DNA from: Acidobacteriota bacterium
Lineage (GTDB): Bacteria; Acidobacteriota; Terriglobia; Bryobacterales; Bryobacteraceae
NCBI GenBank assembly: GCA_018268835.1
Contig: JAFDVU010000006.1
Location: forward strand, 3,961-67,960
Reading direction: 5' to 3'
Length of the DNA stretch: 64,000 nt
Below the pieces are notes generated by a model. That model saw only the letters and a program-made list of their open reading frames with translations, had not been told where the DNA came from and ran no database searches. The number at the start of each line of letters is the position of its first letter. Position 1 is the stretch's first letter. Below are positions 7,865 through 16,529 of the stretch, in pieces. A program made the translations under genes and the position numbers.

Positions 7865-10186
7865 TCACGGGCGCTTCCTCCGGGCAAGATCGCGGTAGCC
7901 TTCGACCAGTTTGCGGGTGATGGCGGCCATATCCCAGTTGGCGACGACTTCGGCGCGGGCGCGCTCCGCCATGGCGGCGGCGGCTTCGGGGTCGCGCAGC
8001 AGGGCGAGAGTGCGGGCGGCGAATTCGGCGGGGTCGTCGGCCAGCGCGCAGAACTCACCGTCCTTCGCCGCAAGACCCTCGGCGCCGACATACGTGGAGA
8101 CCACCGGGATGCCGGCGGCGAACGCTTCCAGGAGCTTGACGCGCACGCCCGAGCCGCTGAGGATGGGGCACACGAACACGGCGTAGCGGGACAGGGGGTC
8201 ACGCACGTCCTCCACGAAACCGAGCATGTCCAGGTGGCCGGCGTAATCGGCGTAGGTGTGTTCGGGGGGCGGATCGCTGCCGGCGATGACGAGGCGCGCT
8301 TCGGGCTCGGCGATGAGGATGCGGGGCATCACGTTGCGCACGAACCAGTCCACCGCGATGCGGTTGGGATCGTGGCGCCAACTGCCGAGGAAGAGCATGG
8401 TGAGGGGCTCGCGTCCGCGCGGGCGGAAGCGATAGCGGGTGGTATCGATGCCGGCGCGCAGGCCGGCCCGCAGGCGGGGGCGGATCCCGGGGACGAAACC
8501 GAGCAGGTAATCGCCATTGGCCGGGGTGCAGACCTGCACCTGGTCGAAGTCGGGGAGCATGCCGAGTTCGTAGCGCAGGGCGCGCAGGTATTCCAGGCGC
8601 GCTTTGAGCGAATCGCCCAGCCCGAGGGTGTGGCCGAGGCCGCGGCCGATGGACTGGAAGTAGACGTCGTGCTCGAAGAGGGCGTTGACGATGTGGCGGT
8701 AGTCGCCGCGATACTGCGCCATGGGGGTGTATTCGAGCTGGAGCACGTCGATTTGCCTGGTGTAGAGCTGGCGATGGATGAGCCACTCGAGGTCGGAGTT
8801 GGCGAATTCGCGCACGGCGTGGGGTTCGATCGAAGCCATGCCGGGCGGGCGTCCGCTGGGGCGCACGAGCCACTCGGCGGAGGCGCAGAAGGTGAGCAAT
8901 TCGCGGTTGGCCTCTTCCTGCCACGGCCAGTCCAGCAGTTCGAGGACGTGGACTTCGGCGAGGCGGGACATCTCGCGCAGCGTCTGGTACATGAAGACGC
9001 CGCCGCCGTGGACGGGCGGGCAGATCGGGTAGGGCGATACGAAGAGGACGCGCAGGCGCTCGGGCGGCGGCGCGGCGGCATCGAAGCGGTCGCGGAAGTA
9101 GCCGCCGAGCGGGCGGCGGAAGGCTTCGGTATCGCCGATTGCCGCGAGAGAGAGGGCGCGGCGGCGCGAGCGGATGGCTTGCGGCAACTGGCGGAAGGCT
9201 TTCCAGATGGCGCGCAGGTTGGGGCGCAGGGGCAGTTCGCCGAAGAGGACGGCGAGGAAGGCGCCGCTCCAGGCGAAGAAGAAGTGTCCGGCCAGGCGCG
9301 GCAACTCGTGGATGTTCTTCCAGCAGAAGAGCAGGTAGTTCTTGCGCAGAACATCCTGGATGAAATCGGGGGTGAATTTTTTCCCGATGGTGCCGCGGTG
9401 TTCGTGATAGACGATGCTGCGCGGCTGATAGAAGACCTTCCAGCCGCGCTTCCAGGCCATATAGCCGAGGTCGGTGTCTTCCAGGTAGAAGGGCTCGAGC
9501 AGGGGATCGAAGCCGCCGAGTTCGAGGAACTTGCGGCGGTCGAAGGCGCAGCTTCCGCCGCCGCCGTAGAAGCAGGGGAAGAGGCCGGTGACGCCGGGGT
9601 CGTCGCGGTGGCGGACGCGGAGTCCGCCGTCCTGCCACCAGGCTTGCGTGAGGCCGGTCTCTTCGCGCAACTTGCCGGGGTCGGTGAAGAAGATCTGGCA
9701 GGAGACGGCGAAGACATCGGGGTCGCGGAAGCCTTCGAGCAGGGGCGCGAGGAAGTCCGGCGCGACGCGCATGTCGCTGTTGAGCAGCACGACGATGTCG
9801 TTGGAGGCGGCGCGGAAGCCGGCGTTGGAACCGCCGCCGAAGCCCAGGTTTTCCGGCAGAGCGACTAGGGTGATCTGAGGGAATCGCTCGCGCAGGAAAT
9901 CCGCGCTGCCGTCTTCGGAGCCGTTATCGACGACGACGATTTCGTTTCGCGGATTGCCGGCGAGCGCCTCGACCACGCTGGGCAGATACTTTTCGAGCAG
10001 GTCGCGGCCGTTCCAGTTGGGGATGACGACGCTGGCGGCATCGGTGCGCGGCATCGCCGAAGGCGCCAGCGGACGGCGGATGCGGAAGAACTGCGCGAGG
10101 ACGAGCGCGACGAAGCTCACCGGCAACACCACGAGCGATGCGAAGAGCAGCGGCAGCGCGCGCAGCAGGCGTTTCAGGAGAGCCAT
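7865..10186 (-). CDS. Bifunctional GT2 (N-terminal) + GT1/GT4 (C-terminal) glycosyltransferase fusion with an N-terminal TM helix
   Basis: LPLLFASLVVLPVSFVALVLAQFF is a TM helix. SVVIPNWNGRDLL ... IVVVDNGSEDGS ... ENLGFGGGSNAG ... LNSDMRV ... YLEDTDLGYM is the GT2 part. ILSGSGVRVKLLEAFAAGIPVVST is the GT-B C-terminal motif. Total length is 773 aa. Confidence 0.85.
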   Translation of the reverse strand: MALLKRLLRALPLLFASLVVLPVSFVALVLAQFFRIRRPLAPSAMPRTDAASVVIPNWNGRDLLEKYLPSVVEALAGNPRNEIVVVDNGSEDGSADFLRERFPQITLVALPENLGFGGGSNAGFRAASNDIVVLLNSDMRVAPDFLAPLLEGFRDPDVFAVSCQIFFTDPGKLREETGLTQAWWQDGGLRVRHRDDPGVTGLFPCFYGGGGSCAFDRRKFLELGGFDPLLEPFYLEDTDLGYMAWKRGWKVFYQPRSIVYHEHRGTIGKKFTPDFIQDVLRKNYLLFCWKNIHELPRLAGHFFFAWSGAFLAVLFGELPLRPNLRAIWKAFRQLPQAIRSRRRALSLAAIGDTEAFRRPLGGYFRDRFDAAAPPPERLRVLFVSPYPICPPVHGGGVFMYQTLREMSRLAEVHVLELLDWPWQEEANRELLTFCASAEWLVRPSGRPPGMASIEPHAVREFANSDLEWLIHRQLYTRQIDVLQLEYTPMAQYRGDYRHIVNALFEHDVYFQSIGRGLGHTLGLGDSLKARLEYLRALRYELGMLPDFDQVQVCTPANGDYLLGFVPGIRPRLRAGLRAGIDTTRYRFRPRGREPLTMLFLGSWRHDPNRIAVDWFVRNVMPRILIAEPEARLVIAGSDPPPEHTYADYAGHLDMLGFVEDVRDPLSRYAVFVCPILSGSGVRVKLLEAFAAGIPVVSTYVGAEGLAAKDGEFCALADDPAEFAARTLALLRDPEAAAAMAERARAEVVANWDMAAITRKLVEGYRDLARRKRP

Positions 10187-10187
10187 G

Positions 10188-11450
10188 TCAGAGAGCCGGC
10201 CCCAGCCCGACTTTGCGTCCGAGCCTCACCCAACGCGAGAGCCGCACCATGGCGAGCTGCTGCTCGAGTTCGCCCTTTTCCCGGTCCAGCCTCAGGGCCC
10301 AGGCGGTGCGCTCTTCGAGTTCCTTTTCCGCGCGGCCGATGGCGGCGACGGCCTGCACGAGTTCTTCGGAAAGGCGGGCGATTTCGGCGGTGAGGCGCTT
10401 TTCGGTATCGAGCGCCCACTGCGTCTTCTCGCGGTTCTCCTGCTCCAGCGCGGCGATCTTGCGATTGAACCCCTCGACGACGCCGCGCGCGTTCTCCTGA
10501 TCGCGCGCCAGTTCCCGCTGCAACTCGAGGATGCGGGCGTCGCGTTCGGCGACGAGGGCGTTCAATTCGGCGGCCCAGCGATTGCTGGCTTCCAACTCCT
10601 CTTTCTGCTCGCGGAAGAGGGCGAGCAGTTTCTGGTGCTCGTGGTCGAATTCGGCGAGATCGGCCTGGGACTTATTGAGCCATCCGTCCTTGAGCGCGAG
10701 TTCCTTTTCAAGCGCGGCGATGTGGCGTTCGCGCTCGCGCAGCACGTTGGCCGAGCGGGGGACGTAGAGGAAGGCGGGATTGCCCAACTGCGGGCGGTGG
10801 GCGCAGACGGCGACGAAGAAATGGCTCTCATCGGGCGCGGTTTCGCCGGCGTCGAGGCGGGCTTCCACGGTGTTGCCGGGCTCGTGCGGGGTGAAGGCGA
10901 CGCCTTCGACGTGATTTTCCAGGTAGAGCGAAACGTGCGGGAAGACGGCGCGCAACTCATCGCTGAACTCGGCGAAATCGAATTCGTGGACGTGGAAGGG
11001 ATTGGCGCCGTGGGCGCCGCGCGACTCGGTGTAGTAAAGGCGGTTGGGGGTGGAGACGATCAACTGGCCGGAGGGGGTGAGGACGCGGCGGGCTTCGGCG
11101 AGGAAGCCGCGCCAGTCCTCGAGGTGCTCGATCATCTCGAAGGCGACGACGAGATCGAAGGAGGCGTCGGGGAAGGGCAGGGCGGTGGCGCTGGCCTGTT
11201 CAAAGGCGAGGTTGGCGGCGGCGTAGTGGGCGCGGGCAAATTCCACGGCATCGGCGGCGACATCGATGCCGGTGACGCGCTCGGCGGTGGAGGCGAGTTC
11301 CGCCGTGCCGTAGCCGGCGCCGCATCCGGCGTCGAGCACGCGCTTGCCCCGGGCCAGGCGTACGGCGAAGGTGTAGCGCGCCATGTGTTCGTTGAGCAGG
11401 TCGATATCCACCTGCCCGGGAATCAGCCTCTCGCCGGTGAATTCAGCCAA
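10188..11450 (-). CDS. Class I SAM-dependent methyltransferase fused to a long C-terminal coiled coil and terminal amphipathic helix (WbdD-like architecture)
   Basis: VLDAGCGAGYGTAELA is the SAM motif I, followed by FDLVVAFEMIEHL. From about residue 235 to 405 (nt about 10238-10748) the sequence is heptad-like and E/L/A/R-rich (IAALEKELALKDGWL ... RILELQRELARDQE ... KIAALEQENREK ... RAEKELEERT). It ends in LSRWVRLGRKVGLGPAL. There is an 8-nt overlap with wzt. Confidence 0.8.
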   Translation of the reverse strand: MAEFTGERLIPGQVDIDLLNEHMARYTFAVRLARGKRVLDAGCGAGYGTAELASTAERVTGIDVAADAVEFARAHYAAANLAFEQASATALPFPDASFDLVVAFEMIEHLEDWRGFLAEARRVLTPSGQLIVSTPNRLYYTESRGAHGANPFHVHEFDFAEFSDELRAVFPHVSLYLENHVEGVAFTPHEPGNTVEARLDAGETAPDESHFFVAVCAHRPQLGNPAFLYVPRSANVLRERERHIAALEKELALKDGWLNKSQADLAEFDHEHQKLLALFREQKEELEASNRWAAELNALVAERDARILELQRELARDQENARGVVEGFNRKIAALEQENREKTQWALDTEKRLTAEIARLSEELVQAVAAIGRAEKELEERTAWALRLDREKGELEQQLAMVRLSRWVRLGRKVGLGPAL

Positions 11451-12756
11451 GCTGTTTCTCCAGGGGCGCGCCGCCGCTGATGCGCGCGTTCACCTCGACG
11501 CGGCAGGGGAGGTGAATGTAGCCGTAAATCTGCTGCTCGCCGCGGCTCATCTGCAGGACCAGGGCGTTATCGATCCAATCGCACATGGAATAGCCCATCA
11601 GGGTGCCGTCGGCAATCGCGGGGGAAAACGAGAACGACGCGGGGTAGAGTTCGGGCAGGTCCACGTGGAAATCCACGGTGAGCACGTCGCCCTCCTGCAT
11701 GGGGGGCAGTTGGTGGCCCTCGCGCGCGGTGTTGGTGCCGGCGAAATCCATGCCGAGTTGATTGCGCAGCATGAAACCGACGATGGGCAGCGGGAGATCG
11801 GCTCTGGCGCGCGCGCTGATGCGCACCAGGATGCGGCCGGAGGGTTCGAGCAGGTGCGCGGGGCGGCCCGATTCGTCGTAGACGGCGATGCCGATGACCT
11901 GGGCGCGGCCGTCGCCGAAGCGGTGGTCGACGTTGGGGATGGAGTCGACGATTTCCGGCGCCTGGAGCGATGCGCGGCGTTCGGCGCGGGGCGCGGCGGC
12001 GGAACGGTTGAGCAGGTAGGTGGAATCCTTTTCGGTCATGGCCGCCAGGTATTTGGCGACGATCTTATCGGGGTCGCCGATATCGAGCAGGCGGCCGCGG
12101 TCGAGCCAGAGGGCGCGGTCGCCGATGGCTTTGACGTCGCTGACCGCGTGGGAGACGAAGAGGATGGTGACGCCGCGTTGGCGGAGTTCGTGCACCTTGC
12201 GCATGCAGCGCTGGCGGAAGTAGATGTCGCCCACGGCGAGGGCTTCATCGACGAGGAGGATTTCGGGATCCACGTTGATGGCGACGGCGAAGGCGAGGCG
12301 CACGACCATGCCGCTCGAGTAGGTTTTGACCGGCTGGTTGATGAAGTCGCCGATTTCGGCGAAGCCGGTGATCTCGGCGTAGCGCTGATCGATCTGCCGG
12401 GTGGAAAGCCCCATGATGGAGCCGTTCAGGTAGACGTTGTCGCGGCCGCTGAATTCCGGATTGAAGCCGGCGCCGAGTTCGAGCAGGGCGGAGACGCGTC
12501 CGCCGACCTGCACGGTGCCGGAGGTGGGATGGAGTATGCCGGCGACCATCTGCAGCAGGGTGCTCTTGCCGGAGCCGTTCTCGCCGACGATGCAGAAGGT
12601 CTCGCCGCGGCGCACCTCGAAGCTCACGTCGTGCAGCGCCCAGAAATCCTTGTGGCGCTTGAGGCGGTTCAGCGACAGGAGTTCCTTGAGGCGGTCACCC
12701 GGCGAATCGTAGATCGCGTAGCTTTTGGAAACGTCTTGAAATTCAACGGCGTTCAC
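11443..12756 (-). CDS. wzt: Polysaccharide ABC-transporter ATP-binding protein, Wzt type, with a C-terminal Wzt_C-like glycan-binding domain
   Basis: GTG start at 12756. GENGSGKSTLLQ is Walker A, YSSGMVVRLAFA is the ABC signature and ILLVDEALAVGD is Walker B. There is a ~180-aa C-terminal extension (DHRFGDGRAQVIGIAVYDESG ... LPCRVEV), as in O-antigen Wzt proteins. Confidence 0.85.
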   Translation of the reverse strand: MNAVEFQDVSKSYAIYDSPGDRLKELLSLNRLKRHKDFWALHDVSFEVRRGETFCIVGENGSGKSTLLQMVAGILHPTSGTVQVGGRVSALLELGAGFNPEFSGRDNVYLNGSIMGLSTRQIDQRYAEITGFAEIGDFINQPVKTYSSGMVVRLAFAVAINVDPEILLVDEALAVGDIYFRQRCMRKVHELRQRGVTILFVSHAVSDVKAIGDRALWLDRGRLLDIGDPDKIVAKYLAAMTEKDSTYLLNRSAAAPRAERRASLQAPEIVDSIPNVDHRFGDGRAQVIGIAVYDESGRPAHLLEPSGRILVRISARARADLPLPIVGFMLRNQLGMDFAGTNTAREGHQLPPMQEGDVLTVDFHVDLPELYPASFSFSPAIADGTLMGYSMCDWIDNALVLQMSRGEQQIYGYIHLPCRVEVNARISGGAPLEKQLG

Positions 12757-13116
12757 GGCGATGAAAGCGAATCATTAGTGTAACCCGCGCCCGTGGCGGG
12801 CATCGTGGCGCGATCCGGCGTTCTCCCGCGGGTGCGGGGATGATCCTGGTCCTGGCTCTGGTGTGCGCGGCATGTTCGTCGGCACGCAGGCGATTCGCGC
12901 GGCATGAAAGCGCGCGGTGCAGGACGGCAGTTTTTCGCTGCGGCGGGAAACGGCACGGGTGGAGGTGGCGCGATCGGGCTACATGGCCTACTGCGAAGGC
13001 AGCTACGTGATCGTGTGCCGGATGACGCCGGGCAAGATGTGGAAGGCTGTGACGGACACACTCGCGCGCTCGGCGGATCCGGAGCCGCGGTAGCCGGCGG
13101 GGGACAGCGGGATCGG

Positions 13117-14169
13117 TCACGCGGCGTCGGTGGCAAGCACACCGGTGGTCGCGGCGGCGACTACTTCGGGGAGCAGCGGTTCGGCGAAGGGTTCGGCACG
13201 GAACCAGCGCAGCAGGGCGGAATCGCCGGCGCGGCGGCGGCGCATGATTTCGCGGCGGCGCTCCCACGCATTGGACCAGCACTGGGCGACACGCCAGAGC
13301 GCGGGCAGGGAGCGGGGTTCGGCCAGGAGGCACCCGCCCAGCACCACCAGGTCGCGCGCGGTCATAGGGAGCCAGCACCGGCGATACAGCCCCGGGGTGG
13401 AGTTCTTGATGCGCATCAGGAAGCGGTTCTTCACCGAGTGCATATTCATGGCCGGGGAGACGGAACGGCGGTTGCCCGGGGTCATGGTGCGGACGTGCCA
13501 GGCGGAAGCGGCGGGGGCGTAGATGCAGCGCCAGCCGAGCAACTGCGCGCGCCAGGCGACGTCAGCGTCTTCGCGGTAGGCGAAGAAATCGGGATCGAAG
13601 AAGGCGCCGCCGATGGAGACGTCGTCGATCATATCGCGGCGATAGAGGGCCGCGGCGGCGCAGGCGCCGAAGACGTACTCGGTGCGGTTGAAGGCGGGAG
13701 AGTCGGGCTGGTGCCAGCCGCGGTCGAAGTGGCGGGCGGTGGGGGTGAAGTAGATGCCGGCGGAATCGATCAGGCGTTCGGGGAGGGGCTGGAAGCCGGG
13801 CCCGATGGAGAGTAACTTACCGCACACGGTTCCGGCACCCGGGTCGAGGCCGGCGGCATCTACCAGACAGCGGAGAAAACCGGGTTCGAGGAGGACATCC
13901 GGGTTCAGAGTCAGCACCCACTCCGCCGTGCTGGAGCGGATGCCCTGGTTCTGGGCTTCGGCGAAACCGACATTGCGCGGATTGAGGACGGTGCGGATAC
14001 GGTCACGGAACTTGCGCAGGATGCGCCGGGTATCGTCCTGGGAGGCGTTATCGACGACGACCACGTCGAGGGCCACATCCTGTTGATTCAGAGCGGCTTC
14101 GAGGCAGCGGCGGATGTACCGGCTGCTGTTGAAGGTGACGATGGATACACAAACAGTCGGTTCCGGCAT
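13117..14169 (-). CDS. GT2-family glycosyltransferase; paralog of 3550..4599
   Basis: ATG at 14169 (MPEPTVCVSIVTFNSSRYIRRCLEAAL ... VVVVDNASQDDT ... RNVGFAEAQNQG ... LNPDVLL ... YREDADVAWRAQLLGW ... MNMHSVKNRFLMRIKN). The last block is nearly identical to that of gene 3550..4599. Confidence 0.85.
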   Translation of the reverse strand: MPEPTVCVSIVTFNSSRYIRRCLEAALNQQDVALDVVVVDNASQDDTRRILRKFRDRIRTVLNPRNVGFAEAQNQGIRSSTAEWVLTLNPDVLLEPGFLRCLVDAAGLDPGAGTVCGKLLSIGPGFQPLPERLIDSAGIYFTPTARHFDRGWHQPDSPAFNRTEYVFGACAAAALYRRDMIDDVSIGGAFFDPDFFAYREDADVAWRAQLLGWRCIYAPAASAWHVRTMTPGNRRSVSPAMNMHSVKNRFLMRIKNSTPGLYRRCWLPMTARDLVVLGGCLLAEPRSLPALWRVAQCWSNAWERRREIMRRRRAGDSALLRWFRAEPFAEPLLPEVVAAATTGVLATDAA

Positions 14170-14283
14170 GTTGATATGGCGATGTACTAACCTAAGACCC
14201 GAATTTACGAAAACCAACTACAGCGAAATTTTTTTGAAGGGTGTAGTTGAAAACATGTTTCGCGGGTCTTTGGTGCAGAGGGA

Positions 14284-14838
14284 ATGTCGTCATTCGCGTC
14301 CGACGAACAACTCGTGAACATGCTCCGTCAGGAACGAACGGGCGCCGCGCTCGAAGAGCAAGTGAGCCGGCTGTTCGAGGAATCGCGCGACGACGTGTAC
14401 CGGTATTTGCTGACGCTGGGGCTGCATCCGCCGCGCGCGCAGGAGTCGGTGCAGGAAGTGTTCCTGCGCCTGTACGCCACTCTGCGCAAGGGGGAGGAAA
14501 TCCAGAATCCGCGGGCATGGGTTTTCCGGGTGGCGCACAACCTGGGGTTAAAGGTTCGCGCGCGGCAGGAAACCGAGGAGCCTTTCGATACGGAAGTGCG
14601 CGCGCGATACGTCGGGCGCACGGACACGCCGGAGAGCGAGTTGCTGGATCGCGAACGGATGGTGCGCTTTCACGACGCGGTGGAAGGGCTGAGCGAGCAG
14701 CAGAAGCGGTGCCTGTTTCTGCGCATGGAAGGCATGCGGTATCCGGAGATCGGTTCGGCGCTGGGCATCAGCCCGAGCGCGGTGGGCGAGTTTCTGCGCC
14801 GTGCCATGGTGCGGCTGAGGAAGGTGCGCGATGAGTAG
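14284..14838 (+). CDS. ECF (group 4) sigma-70 family RNA polymerase sigma factor
   Basis: Region 2 is DDVYRYLLTLGLHPPRAQESVQEVFLRL ... AWVFRVAHNL. Region 4 HTH is QQKRCLFLRMEGMRYPEIGSALGISPSAVGEFLRRAMVRLR. Confidence 0.85.
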   Translation: MSSFASDEQLVNMLRQERTGAALEEQVSRLFEESRDDVYRYLLTLGLHPPRAQESVQEVFLRLYATLRKGEEIQNPRAWVFRVAHNLGLKVRARQETEEPFDTEVRARYVGRTDTPESELLDRERMVRFHDAVEGLSEQQKRCLFLRMEGMRYPEIGSALGISPSAVGEFLRRAMVRLRKVRDE

Positions 14839-16507
14839 CCTTACGGTGCGCCATCCCGAAGACGGAGCTCTGCTGCAGTATCTGGACGGCGAACTCGGGC
14901 GGCGGCAGGCGCGCAAGGTGCGGGAGCACCTTAAGGCGTGCTGGCAGTGCCGGGCGGAACTGGAAGAACTGCAAGCCACGGTGAACGAGTGCATGCGCTA
15001 CCGCAAGCAGGTGATGATTCCCTGCATGCCGGAGCCGCCGGCCGCCTGGGGGCGGCTGGATTTCGCGCGGGTGGACGCCGAACTGGCGCGCGAATCCTTC
15101 ACGGCGCGGCTGGGCCGCTGGCTTTCGCCGCGGCGGAACGCGCCGTTGCGCTGGGCGCTTTCGGGCGCCATGGCGCTGGCGCTGGCCGCGGTGGTTGTTC
15201 TGCAACTGCGCGAGACCCCCAAGGTGGAAGCGGCGGCGCTGCTGCGCAAAGCGGTGGCGGCCGGCGACAGCCGTCCGCGCGCGCCGCGGCGATTGCGCAT
15301 CTTATCTTCCCGCGGCCCGCTGACGCGGCTAGCCGGGACTGCCTCGGTCCGCCCGGCGGCGGCCGAAATCGAAATCGCGCGCCACTTCGAGACGGCGCGC
15401 TACGACTGGAACGACCCGTTGAGCGCCAGGGCCTATGCGGCATGGCGCGAGGCGCTGGCGCGCAAGGTGGACGAAGTCTCCACCCTGGATCCGGCCGTAT
15501 ACAGAATCAGGACCACCACTCCCGACAGCGAACTGGCGATGGCCAGCCTGGACCTGCGCAAGACGGATTTCGCGCCGGTGGCGGCTCGCTTCGAGTTCGC
15601 GGATCACGAGTGGGTGGAAATCACGGAATCGGTAGACCAGCTCGATTCTCCCGCAAGCACAGTAGCTGGAACCACCGGCGGCACGCCACGCCAACCTGGG
15701 GTGCCGCCGGGTCCTTCTTCATCGGAATTTGCAGCCGCGCCGGCGGCGCCCGCGCCCAATGAGGAGCTGCAGGTAGTGGCGGCGCTCCACGAGGTGGGCG
15801 CCGACCTGGGCGATCCGCTCGAAATCAGCCGCGAAGGCGGCGAGGTAGTGGTGAGCGGCGCCGGGATCAGCGCGCAGCGGCAGCAACAGATTCACAATCA
15901 ACTGGACCGCCTGCCCCACGTGGTAGTGCGGTTCAGCGATCCGGTTTTACCCGCAAGCACGCCGGCTGTCGAGCCGGCAACGACTCGTGATGCGGCCGTA
16001 CCCGCCGAAAGACCAACCTACACGGCGCGGATTGAACAACGCCTCGGTGGGCGGCCGCAATTCGAGCGTTTCAGCGGACAACTTTTGGACTGGACGGATG
16101 CGGCGATGTCGCGCGCGTACGCACTGCATCGCCTGGCCGAGCAGTTCACGGCGGCATCGGAGAGCGGCATGAGTCCCGAGGACCGGCGCACGCTGCGCAA
16201 GCTGGGACGCGAGCACCTGGCGGCGATGCAACAGGACCTGGCCAGGATCCAGACCACGGTGAATCCGGTACTTAGCGGCATCGGCGCCACGGCGGGAGCG
16301 GCGGATTCGCGGCCCGCGCCGATGGCATGGCAGGCGGCCAGCGAGCGCGTGATGGCGAGCGGCCATCGTATGGAGCATCTGCTGGCGGTGGTGCTCGGGG
16401 CGGCATCGGGCAACGCGGGCGGCAACGCGCCATCGGACCTGATGACGGCGCTGAACCAGTTGACGAGCGACATCGGGCAGTGCCAGCGCCTATTGTCGAA
16501 CGAATAG
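14831..16507 (+). CDS. Anti-sigma factor (zf-HC2 N-terminus, one TM helix, large extracytoplasmic domain)
   Basis: 8-nt overlap with the sigma gene. VREHLKACWQCRAELEEL is an HxxxCxxC motif. WALSGAMALALAAVVVLQL is a TM helix. About 430 aa of unassigned C-terminal domain follow. Confidence 0.75.
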   Translation: MSSLTVRHPEDGALLQYLDGELGRRQARKVREHLKACWQCRAELEELQATVNECMRYRKQVMIPCMPEPPAAWGRLDFARVDAELARESFTARLGRWLSPRRNAPLRWALSGAMALALAAVVVLQLRETPKVEAAALLRKAVAAGDSRPRAPRRLRILSSRGPLTRLAGTASVRPAAAEIEIARHFETARYDWNDPLSARAYAAWREALARKVDEVSTLDPAVYRIRTTTPDSELAMASLDLRKTDFAPVAARFEFADHEWVEITESVDQLDSPASTVAGTTGGTPRQPGVPPGPSSSEFAAAPAAPAPNEELQVVAALHEVGADLGDPLEISREGGEVVVSGAGISAQRQQQIHNQLDRLPHVVVRFSDPVLPASTPAVEPATTRDAAVPAERPTYTARIEQRLGGRPQFERFSGQLLDWTDAAMSRAYALHRLAEQFTAASESGMSPEDRRTLRKLGREHLAAMQQDLARIQTTVNPVLSGIGATAGAADSRPAPMAWQAASERVMASGHRMEHLLAVVLGAASGNAGGNAPSDLMTALNQLTSDIGQCQRLLSNE

Positions 16508-16529
16508 CTCGCTACCCCGACTCGGAAGT

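Noticed and set aside
6796-9868. ORFs 6796..8202 (-), 8199..9638 (-), 8234..9868 (+) and 8329..9717 (-)
   Set aside because: They are R/P/A/S-rich alternative frames overlapping the GT2, the secreted repeat protein and the GT fusion. None has family motifs.
12757-13116. Wzm permease or another real gene in the gap upstream of wzt; junk ORFs 12743..13378 and 12753..13142 (-)
   Set aside because: The gap is too short for a ~260-aa ABC-2 permease. The listed ORFs are R/P-rich junk. The two small + strand frames are noted in the findings but not annotated.
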